Shown piece by piece: positions 38,561 through 52,799 of a DNA stretch of 64,000 nucleotides; position 1 is the stretch's first letter, and every line of letters starts with the position of its first letter. The notes under the pieces are model-generated. The model was given only the letters and a program-made list of their open reading frames with translations. It was not told where the DNA came from and made no database searches. Source of the DNA: the human T2T-CHM13v2.0 reference genome, Homo sapiens; NCBI RefSeq assembly GCF_009914755.1, contig NC_060934.1, one strand, 5' to 3'. Made by a program: the position numbers and the translations under genes.

Positions 38561-38989
38561 TAGGGTGATTGGTCTTCAGAAACTCCACTAAGTAACGAGT
38601 TTGGATACCTTTCCAGGTATGAAGAGAGTGCTGTACTTGTGGGTTTCACCAGGAGGGCGATTTAACCTGCCTTACCTTTAAAATGGTCAATCTGATTATG
38701 ATTTGGAGATGGATGGTGGGGAGTACACATGTATGGAAACAGGGAGACTGCTTGTCGGGCCATTGCAGTCAGCCAGGCATGAGGTTATGGCAGCTGATCT
38801 TACTGTGGAAACGTGGGTGTGGTGTACATAGTTGACTACATTTGGGATATGTTTTGAGACAAGCCCATAGGACTTATTGACAGAGTCAGAGTGAAGGGTA
38901 TAGGAAAGAATCAAAGACAACTTGTAGCTGTTTGACTTAAATAATTAAAAATATGCTGATGATTAACTATGATCATGGTGATAACCTAT

Positions 38990-39235
38990 AACATTCATAG
39001 AGTGTTCACTGTACGCATCAGGCACTGTTCTAAGCATTTGGATCTATACTATCTCACAAACTCCTCATCACAACCCTAGCAAGTAGGTACTATAATTATC
39101 TCCCGTCTTTACAAATGAGGAAGTGGTGGTAATAAGAGAGTAAGGAATTTGCCCAAAGTCACACAACTAGTAACTGATGGACTTGAACCAAGTTTGAATC
39201 TATACTGTGTTGGCTGTGCAATCTGTGTAAATGCT
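38990..39235 (-). mobile_element. MIR SINE
   Basis: CAGGCACTGTTCTAAGCA...CCTCATCACAACCCT...TTTACAAATGAGGAA...TTGCCCAAAGTCACACAACTAGTAA. Confidence 0.85.
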
Positions 39236-39270
39236 GTCTGATGCAAACTCTCATTTACTATCATTTGCTG

Positions 39271-40133
<863 letters not shown>

Positions 40134-41810
40134 ATTTACTTGGTCTACTGGCTGAAGAGCTGATCTTTTCCTTGGGGGTAGAGGAGGAAATAGAGTCCTG
40201 CTGACTATGTTAATTTGAGTTGGCCACATTAGATGTCTATGTGAAGATGAAATCTGGCAATTGTACCTATGAATCTGAAGTTCTACAGGGAGTTTAAGGG
40301 CTAGGGACCAAGATTTGGAAGTCATTGGCATATAAATGGCATGTAGAACCATGGGTCTGGATGAACTCACCTGTCATAATAGCAACTTCGGTAGCATTTT
40401 CTATACATCAGACACAGCTCCAAAGACTTTGCATACATTGACTGATTTTTTTATAACAATTGCTTGAGTTAGAACTATTGTTTAACTACAATCGGCCTCA
40501 TTTTTATAGATTAGAAGATTGAGGCATAATTTTCATTGTGAGAATTAAAAGATAATTTGTTTAATGCCTAGATCATAGTAAATACTCAAAAATGTTAGCT
40601 GTCATCATTAGTAGTAGTAATCATAGCTTCTATGGTGATCTTATTCTTATGAATATACTCAGAGCTTAGCATAGTACTCAATAAATGAATTATAAACCAT
40701 GCAAAGGTCTCAAGTTGGTGGAGGGAAAGCAGGACAGATGAGTTTATTATTCATTATATCCTTGCTGCTAAATTACAAGAGGAAGTGTAACCTGAGGAAA
40801 GGATCATTCTAGGACAGAAGAAACAGAAGTTGAACAAAACATGATGATTTAGGACGCATTGTTCTGCCTTGCAGCTCACTATGTGGATGAGTAGAACAAA
40901 AATATTTCCTGTGATTATTGCAGGACAGGTCATTTTCTTATCTTGCTCTATATCCCCCAAAATTATCTTGGGTTAAGGGTCTCACTGATTTTTCTTGCCA
41001 TGACCAACTTTAATGTAGGTGAAATGGCACTGAATTTACTATTGAAAAATATTTTCCTTATGTGTTTCTGTCTTTCCTTCCTGGGAAATTACATGATATG
41101 CTGGTGTCAATGGATACTTGTTCAGAGACTTTTGTTTCCCTGTCTCTCTTTTTCCCTCAAGAGTCGTTCCTGTTTCTCAGCCCATCTGGCACATCTGCGC
41201 GATAGCATCACTGCAGGTGCTCTGTTGCTAGCACAGGATAGATTTCCCTGGGTAGCAGTGCTGAGTGACTCGCGTACTTGAGTCATTCAAAACACGAGTG
41301 GCTGTATAACCCTCTAGAGAATAAATCCTGTAGGAAACAAGATTACCTCATCATCTGCTGCGTCTCTATTTTCTGCTTTTCCATGAACAGCTGGTAACAT
41401 GAGGAGTCGCAATGATGGAGTTCATATTTTTCCATAACATATTTGGTGTTTGGTTTGGATTTCTCAGGTAGTTAGAGTGATAGTTTTTTTAAAAAAATTT
41501 TCTGATGTTTTGAGATTTTGAGGCTGAGTTCTTCTGACAGATACAGTATTTTCTGGATGGCTCTGAATGATATTAACAAAGCATGCCAGAAAGTGGAAGG
41601 AGACTCAAGCCTCACATATAAGTAGCTATATGTCAATGTTGGGTGTAGCTCCAGTTTAAAATTACAGACCCTGCTTGAAGTGAAGTCAATTCTTAATTTA
41701 ATTTTTAGGTTAAAATTTATTTTTATTGAAATACTATACATTTATGGTTTAAAATAGTCCTCCAAAATTTTTAATTCAAAAAAGTCTTCATTCTTTGCCA
41801 TTAAACTCCC

Positions 41811-42791
41811 TGATATAGTTTGGATTCATGTCCCCACCCAAATCTCATGTTGAATTGTATTCCCCAGTGTTGGAGGAGGGGACTGGAGGGGGGTGATTTG
41901 ATCAAGGGGGAGGATTTCCCCCTCGCTGTTCTCGTGATAGTGAATGAGTTCTCACAAGATCTGTTTATTTAAAAGAGTGTATTTTACTTTAACCATTGTG
42001 GAAGACAGCGTAGTAATTTCTCAAAGACCTAGAACCAGAAATACAATTTGACCCAGTGATCCCATTACTAGGCATCTACCCAAAGGAATATAAATCATTC
42101 TATCATAAAGATACATGCATGCATATGTTCATTGCAGCACTATTCACAATAGCAAAGACATGGAATCAACCCAAATGCTCATCAATGATAGACTGGATAA
42201 AGAAAATGTGGTACAGATACACCATGGAATACTATGCAGCCATAAAAAGGAATAAGACTGTGTCCTTTGCAGAGACATGGATGGAGCTGGAAGCCATTAA
42301 CCTCAGCAAACTAATGCAGGAACAGAAAACTAAACACTGCATGTTCTCACTCATAAGTGGGACCTGAACAATGAGAACACATGGACACAGGGAGGTGAAT
42401 GACACACACTGGGGTCTATTGAGGAGCAGGGGTGAGGGGAGGGAGAGCATCAGGAAAAACAGTTAATGCATGCTGAGCTTAATACTTAGGTGATAGGTTG
42501 ATAGGTGCAGCAAACCACCATGGCACACATTTACCTATATAACAAAACTGCGCACCCACACATGTACCCCAGAACTTAATAAATACAACAAAAAAGTGTG
42601 TAGCCTCCCCGCTTCACACTCTTCTTCCTGCTCCAGCCATGTAAGATGTGCCTGCTTCCCCTTCACCTTCCACCATGATTGTAAGTTTCCTGAGGCCTTC
42701 CTGGCCTGTGGAATTGTGAGCCAATTAAGCCTCTTTTCTTTATAAGTTGCCCAGTCTCAGGTAGTTCTTTATAGCGGTATGAGAATGGACA
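41811..42791 (+). mobile_element. MSTA-like solo LTR split by an L1 (LTR parts 41811-41981 and 42592-42791)
   Basis: TGATATAGTTTGG start, CCCACCCAAATCTCATGTTGAATTGTA; 3' half CCATGATTGTAAGTTTCCTGAGGCC...GAGAATGGACA; near-TSD CTCCC/TTCCC. Confidence 0.9.
41982..42591 (+). mobile_element. 5'-truncated L1PA (L1PA11-15-like) 3' end
   Basis: ORF 42056-42367 is the L1 ORF2p C-terminus ([15 protein letters not shown]...MFSLISG); 3'UTR and A-tail; TSD AAAAG(A/T)GTGTA at 41971-41981 and 42592-42602. Confidence 0.92.
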
Positions 42792-42799
42792 TTCCCAAG

Positions 42800-43558
42800 T
42801 CTTCCTCTCTAGAGGCAACTGGATTCCATCATTTATCTGGTTCTTTTTGTACATCAATATTCCTAAATAAATGTTAGGTTTGGACATTCTCATTTAACTT
42901 GCCATTGTGAAGGAAAAGGATTTAGTTCTTTTACACAAACTCTATACTACAAAATTATGTTCATTCTCCATCCTCCCAATAAGAAAGTGATGAATGTTTT
43001 GATTAAATATTCAGTTTTTATGACAATACAGATATTGTGGAAGGCTGAGGCATATATCCATGCTTGTATGCAATGATTATATTTTATATCTTTATAATTT
43101 TCCTCTTAGCATTAATGTCTTTTTAAAAACAAGTTGATTATATTTTATTTCTTTTTTCAAAAATTTAAGGCATTCAGATTTTCTCAGGTATTGAATATAA
43201 CACATATGAATGTACATAATACCCCATGTGAGAAATTTTACAAATACCACTTGAACCATTGATAAACTGTTTTTTGATCTTGCTGTTGTTTTTCTTGCTG
43301 CCCATTAACGGTAAATTCTAGAAAATTTTCAGTTATTATTCCCATGAAGTATTTACAGATTTACTCTATATTATTACATTTCTAACCAATGCATTATATG
43401 TTTTAAACTTTATACAATTGCACCATGCTGCATATTTTCTTGTAAACCTTGCTTTTCCCCATCAATGGATTTTTGAGATTTCTAATGCATGTAGTACTAA
43501 CTCATTTTATTGTTATAAATATTCCATTGTGTAATTATATTCACAATGTATTTATTTA
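42800..43558 (-). mobile_element. Very old L1M (L1ME-like) remnants
   Basis: T-rich segments such as ATATTCCATTGTGTAATTATATTCACAATGTATTTAT, typical of reverse L1M; similar sequence resumes at ~44745-45180. Confidence 0.45.
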
Positions 43559-43559
43559 T

Positions 43560-44543
43560 TATAAACCTGAATAGTATCTGACTGTACTGAATATTGAGGG
43601 TAATTGGAACATAATGGTAAACATTTGTGTATCTAAACACCCAAAAAGGACAGTGAAAATATTGTATGAAAATAAAAAATGATACATCTGTATAGGGAAC
43701 TTAACCATGAACGGAGCTCGCAGGACTGGAAGTGGCTCTGGGTGAGTCAGTGAGTGAGTGGTAAGTGAGTGTGAAGGCCTAGGACATTACTGTACACTAC
43801 TATAGACTTGATGGACACTGTACTGAATTTCTAATTTTTCTTTCTAAAATAATTAACAGCTTACTGTAACTTCTTAACTTTATAAATCTTTAACTTTAAA
43901 CAGCTTAAAACACAAACACATTGTACAGCTGTACAAAATTTTTTTATATCCTCATTCTATAAGGTTTTTCTATTTTAAATTTTTTTCATTTTATTTTACT
44001 ACTTTTTAAACTTTTTGTTAAAAATTAAAACACAAATACACACATTAACCTAGGTCTACGCAGGGTCAGGACCATGAATATCACTGTCTTTCGCCTCCAC
44101 ATCTTGTTCCACTGGAAGCTCTTTAGGGGAAATAACACGCATGAAGCTGTCAGCTCCTATGATAAAAATGCCTTTTTCTGGGATACCTCCTGAAGGACCT
44201 GCCTGAGGCTGTTTTATAGTTAACTTTTTTTTATAAGTAGAAGGAGAACTCTCTCAAATAATGAGAAAAAACACAGTAAACACAAAAATCAGTAGTAAGA
44301 TGGTGGTTTATTATCAAGTATTATATACTGTACATAATTGTATATATTATGCATTTATAAGAGTGGAAACACAGTAGGTTTGTTTACACCAGCATCACCA
44401 CAAACAAGGAAGTAATCATTGTGCTACAACATTATGATGTTAGTAAGTGATAGGGATTTTGTAGCTCCATTATAATCTCATGGGACTACCATCATACATG
44501 CAGTTCACTGTTGGCTGAAATGTTGCTATGTGGCACATGATTA
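43560..44543. mobile_element. Tigger3b-like TcMar DNA transposon missing one end
   Basis: GCAGGACTGGAAGTGGCTCTGGGTGAGTCAGTGAGTGAGTGG...GAAGGCCTAGGACATTACTGTACAC; terminal GCTGAAATGTTGCTATGTGGCACATGATT followed by TA. Confidence 0.85.
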
Positions 44544-44545
44544 TA

Positions 44546-44743
44546 TTTGAAACATCTCTAGATTACTTATAATACTTAATACAATGTAAATGCTATGTTA
44601 ATAGCTTTTATACAACTTTGTTCTTTAATTCGTATTGTTTTTAGTTTTGTATTTTTATTTTTTACTTTTTCCTCCAAATATTTTCAATCTGCAGGTGGTT
44701 GAATCCATTAATGTGGAACCCACTGGATTTGGAGGGCTGACTG
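44546..44743. mobile_element. Partial MER2 (TcMar-Tigger MITE)
   Basis: CATCTCTAGATTACTTATAATAC...AATACAATGTAAATGCTATG...GGTTGAATCC...GGAGGGCTGACTG plus TA. Confidence 0.85.
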
Positions 44744-45703
44744 TACTCAACGTTAAGCTATAAACATATTGCTGTAAGAATTTTATTACGTGTCTCTCTG
44801 CACACAAAGATGAGAGGTTTTTTTAATAGTGTTTATACCTGGAAATAAAATCAATGAGTCATGGAACTTGCTCCTTCAGTTTTAATAGATAATGCCAAAT
44901 AGCTCTCCTAAATAGCTAAGATCATTTTAAACCACTCAGCACTTTATAAACACTCCAGTGTTTCTTGTCCTTACCTACAGTTGGTATAGTCAAGCTTGTT
45001 ATTTTTTTGCCAATCTTATTGTGTAAAATAGTTCTCATTATTGTTTTATTTTGCGTTTTCCCAGTTATTAGTGAGGATTTCTTTTCATGGGTTCATTGGC
45101 CATTTTTTTTTCCAAATTGCCTATTTGTAGGTCTTGTTTGCATTTCACTTATTAATTTTAGAGAATTATTTATATATTTTGGCAGGGATAGGGGAAAAGG
45201 AAGCAGCTTGAAATACCTCGGAACATTCTGTTCTTAACAAGGCCTGCCCTCAGGAGAAATTATTTTACCACAGCCTAACATGCTGAAGTTATATCAGAGC
45301 CTGACCGACCTAGATAAAGGCAGACATGACTCTAACCCCCTCCAGCCACCCTGTCCCACTTAAGAGAGAAGAAAGAAACCTGAGCAGCACTGATGAAGTT
45401 TACAGTCCAGAGGCTCAGGCTCACCAAAGACGAGACCTAATCACAGGACTATAGAACCCTCCCTTACCCACACCTTCCCACCCTGTCGCTAAAGGCCCAT
45501 TTAGCACAATTCTTCTTACCCAGTATGTCAAGTCTGCCTTTCAACACAAAATTATAAGGCATACTAAAATAAGTAGATCAGTTTGAACACTCAACAAGCA
45601 TCACAACCAGCGTTAGATATGGCAAAAATGTTAGGATTATCAAACCAGGAATTAAAATAAGCTAAAATGAATATATTAAAGGCTTTAAAGAAAAAAGTAC
45701 ATC

Positions 45704-46084
<381 letters not shown>

Positions 46085-49000
46085 CTATAACAGAAGTGAA
46101 GAATATTTTTGATGGAATTATTAGCAGATGGGACATGACTGAAGAAATAATTCTGAGCTTGAAGATATGAAAACACAAACTTACAAATCTTAAAGGCAAA
46201 AGGATGAAAAAAGTCTTTAAAAGACAAAAGAGAACTGTGAGATGATTACAAAAGATGTAACATACACATAATGGGAATACCAGAAGGAAAAGAAAGAGAG
46301 AAAGGAACAGAAGCAATATTTGAAGTAATAATGGCTGAGATTTTCCTCTAATCAATGTCAAACCAAAACTACAGATATAGGAAGCTCCCAGAACACTAAT
46401 CATAACAAATGCCAAAACATCACACCTAGACATATCATACCCATACTGGAGAAATTCAAAGATAAAGGAAAAACTTGAAAGAAGTCAGGAGAAGAAAAAT
46501 CTTACCTAGGGAGGAGCAAAGATAAAAATTACATCCAACCTCTCCTCAGAAACAATGTAAGGAAGCAGAGAGTTGAGTGAAATATTTAAAGTGTTGAGGG
46601 AGAAAAGCACCAACTTAGAATTCTGTACCTTGTAATATTATTCTTCAAAAGTGAATGAAAAATAAAAGTTTTCTTAGACAAACAAAAATTGAGGAAGTCT
46701 GTTGCCAGTAGACCAGCTTTGCATGAAATGTTAAATGAAGTTTTTCAAGGAGAAGGAAAATGATATAGGTCAGAAACTCAGATCTACCTAAATAAAGAAA
46801 GGAAGAACATCACAGAATGAATAAGTGATGGTAAAATAAAAACCTTTATCTTTCCAATCTTAATCTAATAGATAACAGTTTGCCCAAAATAATGGTAGCA
46901 ACACTGTATTAGGACAATGTATTAGATTATGTATGCTTAAGTGTGTGTGTATAGACAGACATTTCACCTAAGCATACTTATGTATGTTCCTATATAAGTG
47001 AAATGAATTACAGCAATGATATAAGGGACAGGAGGAACAAAATAATAAATATTCACTTATTATAAGGTATTTGTACCACCTGTGAACTGCTATAGTTTTA
47101 TTTGAAAGTAGACTTGGGCTAGTTGTAAATATATATTGCATGCTCTAGGGCAAATGTTAAAGAGAGTTTTAAAAATGTATAATTTATATGCTAAGAAAAA
47201 AAGAGAAAACCGAATCATATAAAATGCCCAATTAAAACCAGAAAAAAGCAGAAAAGAGTGGAAAACAAAAATGGAAACATGGAAAAAATGCAGAGAAAAC
47301 AGTGACAAATATGGTATATATTAATCCTGCTATATCAATATTATGTAAAGGTCAATGGTCAAAATGCCCCAATTAAAAGACAGGGATTGTCAGAGTGGAT
47401 CAAAAAACAAAACTCAACTATATGTTGTCTAGAAGAAGCATACTTCAACAACACATATAGATTACAAGTAACAGGATAAAGAAAGATATACTATGATAAC
47501 ACTATTTAAAAGAAAGTAGGAGTAGCTATATTAATTTCATAAAAGGGGACTTCAGAACAGGGAAGTTATCAGGGATAAAGCAAGACAGTACATAATGATA
47601 AAGGGATCAATTCTTCAAGAAAACATAAAAATCCTTAAGTGTATATGCCTAACAACAGCACATCAAAATGTGTGAGGCAAACTGGACAGAGCTACAAGAA
47701 GAAACAGATAATCCACTATTATAGTTGGAGATTTCAGCACTCCTCTGTTGTCAGAAATAGACAGATCCAGCAGGCAGACAATTAGTGAGGACAAAGTTGA
47801 ACACAACAGCACCATCAATCAACTGGATATAATTGACATCTATTAATTACGTTATTCAACAACAGCAGAATACACATTCTTCAAGGTCACATGGAGCATT
47901 CACCAAGATAGACCACATTCTGGGCCATAAAACACACCTAAATAAATTTAAATGAATAGAAATTATACAATGTCTGCTCTCAGACCACAGTGGAATTAAA
48001 CTGGAAATCAGTAACATAAAGATAGTTGAAAAATACCAAAGTACATGGAGATTAAACAACATACTTCTAAGTAACATACGACTCAAAGAAGAAACACAAG
48101 CAAAATTTAAAGATATTTTAAACTAAAAGAAAATGGAAATGCAACTTATCAAAATTTGTGGGATGCAACATAAGTAATGTTTAGAGGAAATTTAGAGCAA
48201 TGAATTCTTATATTAAAAAAGAAGAAAGACCTAAAATTAATTATCTAAGCTTACACCATAGGAAACTAGATAAAAGAGAGTAAATTAAATTCAAAGAGGA
48301 AAATAAATAATAAAAGCTAGAGTAGAAATCAACAAAACTGAAAAGAGGAAATCAGTGAAACCAAAAGCTGGATCTTTGAAAAGAACAATAGAAATGATAA
48401 TTCTCTAGCTATGCTAACTGAGAAAAAAGAGAGATGATACAAATTACAAATGTCAGAAATAAAAGAGAGACATCACTATAGATCCCACAGCCATTAATAG
48501 ATTAATAAAGAAATATCGTGAAGAACTCTATGTCCACAAATTTAGTAACCTGGATGAGATGGGTCATTTCCCTGAAAGAAACAATCTTCCAAAACTCATG
48601 CTAGAAGAAACAGATTCTGAATAGGTCTATATCTATTAAAGAAATAGAATCAATAACTGCTAACCTTCCAACACAGAAAGTTCCAGGTACAGATGGGTTC
48701 ACTAGTAAATTAACTTTGAAGGAAGAAGTTATATCAGTACTCAACAATCTCTTTCATAAGATAACCACAGAAAGAATACCTACTAACTCATTTTATGAGA
48801 TGAGCATTACTCTAATGCCAAAACCAGACAAAGACATTATAAGAAAGGAACATCACAGAAAAAATATCTCTCATGAACACAGATGCAAAGAGTCTCAAAA
48901 CATTCTTAGTAAGTTAAATTCAACAAGGTATGAAAAACAATTATACCCTATACCATTGGGGATTTCTCCAAAGTATTCAAAGGCTGGTTCAACATTCTAA

Positions 49001-50159
49001 AAACAACTAATGTAATTCATAACATTAACAGGCTAAAGAAAAAAAAACACATGATTATATCAATACATGCAAAAGAAGCATTTGACAAAATCTAACACTC
49101 ATTTATGATAAAAGCTCTCAGCACACTAGGAACAGACAGAAACTTCCTCAACTTGATAAGGAACATCTGCAAAAAACCTGTAGCTAATATCATACATCAT
49201 TGTGAGGAATTTAGGTTTTTCTCCTAAGATCAACAAGGCAAGACGTCCCCTCTCAACACCTCTTTTCAATATTATAATGGAAGTCCCAGCTCATACAATA
49301 AGAAAAGAATAGGAAATAAAATGCATATAGGAAGAAATAAAACTGTCTATGCTCTGAGACAACATGATCATCTATGTAGAAAATTGAAAGAATCAACAAA
49401 AAAAGCTCCTGATGCTAATAAGTGATTATAGCAAGTTTGCAACACACAAGGTTAATATACAAAAGTCAACCACTTTCCTATATACCAGCAATGAACAAAT
49501 GAAATTTGAAATTAAAAACACATTACCATTTACATTAGCATCTTCCAAATTTAAATAATTCAGGATAAATAAAAAAATACATATAAGAGCTACATGAAGG
49601 AAACTACAAAATTCTGATAAAAGATATCACAAAAGAATTAAATGAATAGAGAGATATTCCGTGCTCATGTATATCAAGACTCAGTATTGTCAAGATGTCA
49701 GTTCTTTCCAACTTGACCTGTAGATTCAACACAATCTCAGTCAAAACCTCTGCATATAATTTTGAGGATATTGACAAATTGATTTCTCAAGGTTACATGG
49801 AGAGGTAAAAGACTCAGAATAACTAACTCAATGTTGAAGAAGAACAAAGTTGGAGGACTGACATTACCTGACTTCAAGATTTACTATAAAGCTACATTAA
49901 TCAAGAGAGTGTGTTATTGGTGAAATAAAAAGACAAAGAGATGATATGATTAAAATAGAATCTCAACAGACACTTCACCCAATTTGAAATACAGATGTCA
50001 AGTAAGCATATGAAAAGATAATCAACATTATATCTCATTAGGGAATTGTGAATTTAAGCAAGAATGAGATACCACTGAACACTTATGAGAATGGCAAAAA
50101 TTCAAAACACTGACAACATCAACTTTGGAAGATAGTTTGGCAGGTTTTTGCATTTTTTT

Positions 50160-50478
50160 AAAAAACCAAACACCGCATATTCTCACTCATAGGTGGGAAT
50201 TGAACAATGAGAACACATGGACACAGGAAGTGGAACATCACACTCTGGGGACTGTTGTGGGGTGGGGGGAGTGGGGAGGGATAGCATTGGGAGATATACC
50301 TAATGCTAGATGACGAGTTAGTGGGTGCAGCGCACCAGCAAGTCACATGTATACATATGTAACTAACCTGCACATTGTGCACATGTACCCTAAAACTTAA
50401 AGTATAATAATAAAAAAATATTTATAAATAAATAAAACATTTGAGGATATAATAGGTAAAAACAAACAAACAAAAAAA
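50160..50478 (+). mobile_element. Short L1PA2 3' fragment with extended, double A-tailed 3' end
   Basis: GATAGCATTGGGAGATATACCTAATGCTAGATGACGAGTTAGTGGGTGCAGCGCACC (GAG type, not L1HS ACA/ACG); L1 tail ends ~50418, then non-L1 sequence and a second A-tail 50458-50478. Confidence 0.9.
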
Positions 50479-51182
50479 CTAAACCTACTCTTACCATCGG
50501 ATCCAGCAATCATGCTCCTATGTTTACATGAAAATCTGCAAATGGATGTTTATAACAGCTTAAGTAGTAATCGCCAAAACTTGGAAACAACCAAGTTATT
50601 CTTCAGTAGTTGATTGACTAAATAATCTGTGGTGCATTCAGACAATGGAATATTATGCAGCACTAAAAAGAAATGAGCTATCAAGTCATGAAAAGACATG
50701 GAGGAAACCTAAATACATATTAATAAGTAAAAGAAGCCAATCTGAAAATGCTACACACGGTATGATTCCAAATAAATGGCAATCTGGAAAGGCAAAACTG
50801 TGGAGGAAGTAAAAGGATTAGTGGTTGCAATGAGTTGGGGAGAAAGGTGAGATGAATAGGCAGAACACACATCATCATTAGGACATAGTATAGTGAAACT
50901 ATTTTATATAATACTACAGTGGTGGATACATGTCATTATATGTTTGTCAAAACCCATAGAATGCACAACACTGAGTGAACCCTAATGTAAATTATAGACT
51001 TTGGGTGACAGTGATATGTTGATGTAGGTTCATCAATTATAACAAATATACCAATCTGGCAGGGGATGTTGATAGTGAGGGAGGTTGTGTGTGTGGGGAT
51101 GGGGGTAAGGGAACTCTGTACTTGCCACCCAATTTTGCTGTAAGGCTAAAACTGCTCAAATAAAGTTTATTGACTAAAAAAG

Positions 51183-51520
51183 CTCAGTAACCAAGATAAA
51201 TAATATTTTAATGCAATATTTTAAAAATAATTATTAAAAATTATGAAAAAATAATTATGAAAAAAGTTCATGATGAACAAAATATCAACATTTTATGTAA
51301 AGACAAGATCAGTGTCAACATCAATGCTATGCTGAGCAATATTGAAGCAAAAGAAAGAACAAAAAAGATAATAATCATGTTGTCTTTTAAAATATTTTGA
51401 TACTTAGTTTATTATGATTTTTTGCATTACTGTGGATTATTAAAAATATTGCATTAACATATCATCTATCTTGATTAGTGAAATTTTTGGTGACCCTTAC
51501 ATTTTGCATGTATTCATTCT
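51183..51520. mobile_element. MER96B-like palindromic hAT MITE
   Basis: CTCAGTAACCAAGATAAATAATATTTTAATGCAATATTTT mirrored by AAAATATTGCATTAACATATCATCTATCTTGATTAGTGA; CATGATGAACAAAATATCAA motif. Confidence 0.75.
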
Positions 51521-51534
51521 GCTTAATTCTTAAT

Positions 51535-51660
51535 TCAATCATCTCAAAACTGTGGATGGTAACGATATCTATCTCATAGAATGGTCGTGGGGCTCTAAGG
51601 AGCTAATGTATGCTAGGTTCTTATCTACTTGGCATCTGACAAATGATGAATACATTTCAA
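51535..51660 (+). mobile_element. MIR 3' fragment
   Basis: ATCTCAAAAC...ATCTATCTCATAGAATGGTCGTGGGG...GAGCTAATGTATG. Confidence 0.5.
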
Positions 51661-52199
51661 CATGAATATTAATGCTGCCACTACTTACTAGTTGTATTAT
51701 TTTTTAATCCTATGGCAAAATTGTTTGCTCTTGCGGAGGAAGGATGCAAAGCAAGTGGCTTATGATTAATTTCTTTTCCAGTTACCAAGGGGATACTACC
51801 AAAGAAAGAAATTAGGTGGCATGATTTGATTTTCAGCAAATGTGCTGAAAACCAGTGACAACTGCTGTGACTAGAGAGTTCTTACCTATAGAGAGCTCTT
51901 CGCAGGATGTCCCTGGCTTAGGGTTGTTTATGGCAAAAAAAAAAAAAAAACCCTAGAATCTATGAATTTATAATGCATCTGTCTCTGAAAAATATCTAAT
52001 TGGCTGTACAATTTTCTAGAGTATAAGGTAGAGATGTTTTATAACCAAATTTGTCATGGCTCTGTGAGGTGACCACACTGATAACAGAGAGCTTTTCTTC
52101 AGCGGAAGACTCTCCTGGAGAGTCAATCAGGAAGTCCAAAGCCTCTCTCTTTTTTGTCCATGCGTCTCAACTGTATTACGGAAATTGTTTGTAAAGGCT

Positions 52200-52558
52200 G
52201 GATCTTGGTTAAGATGTCTTATTTGACAAACAGATTTTCTGGTTTACTTCTCACTCAAGTTACATGTTGGTTATGATTCAATGACAGCTTTGTTCTGGAT
52301 CCCACAATTTTCCTTCATTGTATGATCTGGGTTAAAGTTCCATCCCCCATCTATGACATACAGTTTATATGGCAGAGGGAAGGAGAAATGGCTCTTAAAG
52401 CCTCCAGTTGGATATTACTTGCATTCATATTTCATGGGCCAAATAAAATCCCACAGGAGGACTTATCTCTGTAAGTCACATGGGAATGGGCACAGATATA
52501 TAGTTTCTCCTACAGAGAGGAAAGTGAACAGTTGGTAATAATAGTGCCATATACCACA
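52200..52558 (-). mobile_element. Old MLT1 (MLT1I/J-like) LTR remnant
   Basis: ATGGCAGAGGGAAGGAGA...GGCTCTTAAAGC...TCATATTTCATGGGCCAAA...AGTCACATGG...TACCACA end. Confidence 0.5.
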
Positions 52559-52799
52559 AAAGACAGAGAAATAAACTTAATATATGAGACATTAATGATA
52601 CTGATATAAAGTTGACTATTAAAGGATAATTAAAATGATGGAAAAAATGAAATTTAGGATTTTTGGTGTACCTTTTATCCAGCTTTGAAAGATTTAATGT
52701 ATTTATGTTTAGTTAAGTACAATAATTGAAGAGAAACACTGGTGATTTGGTATATTAAAATGTTTTGAAATCTTATTTTTAAGCTATTTTCCTTTTCAC

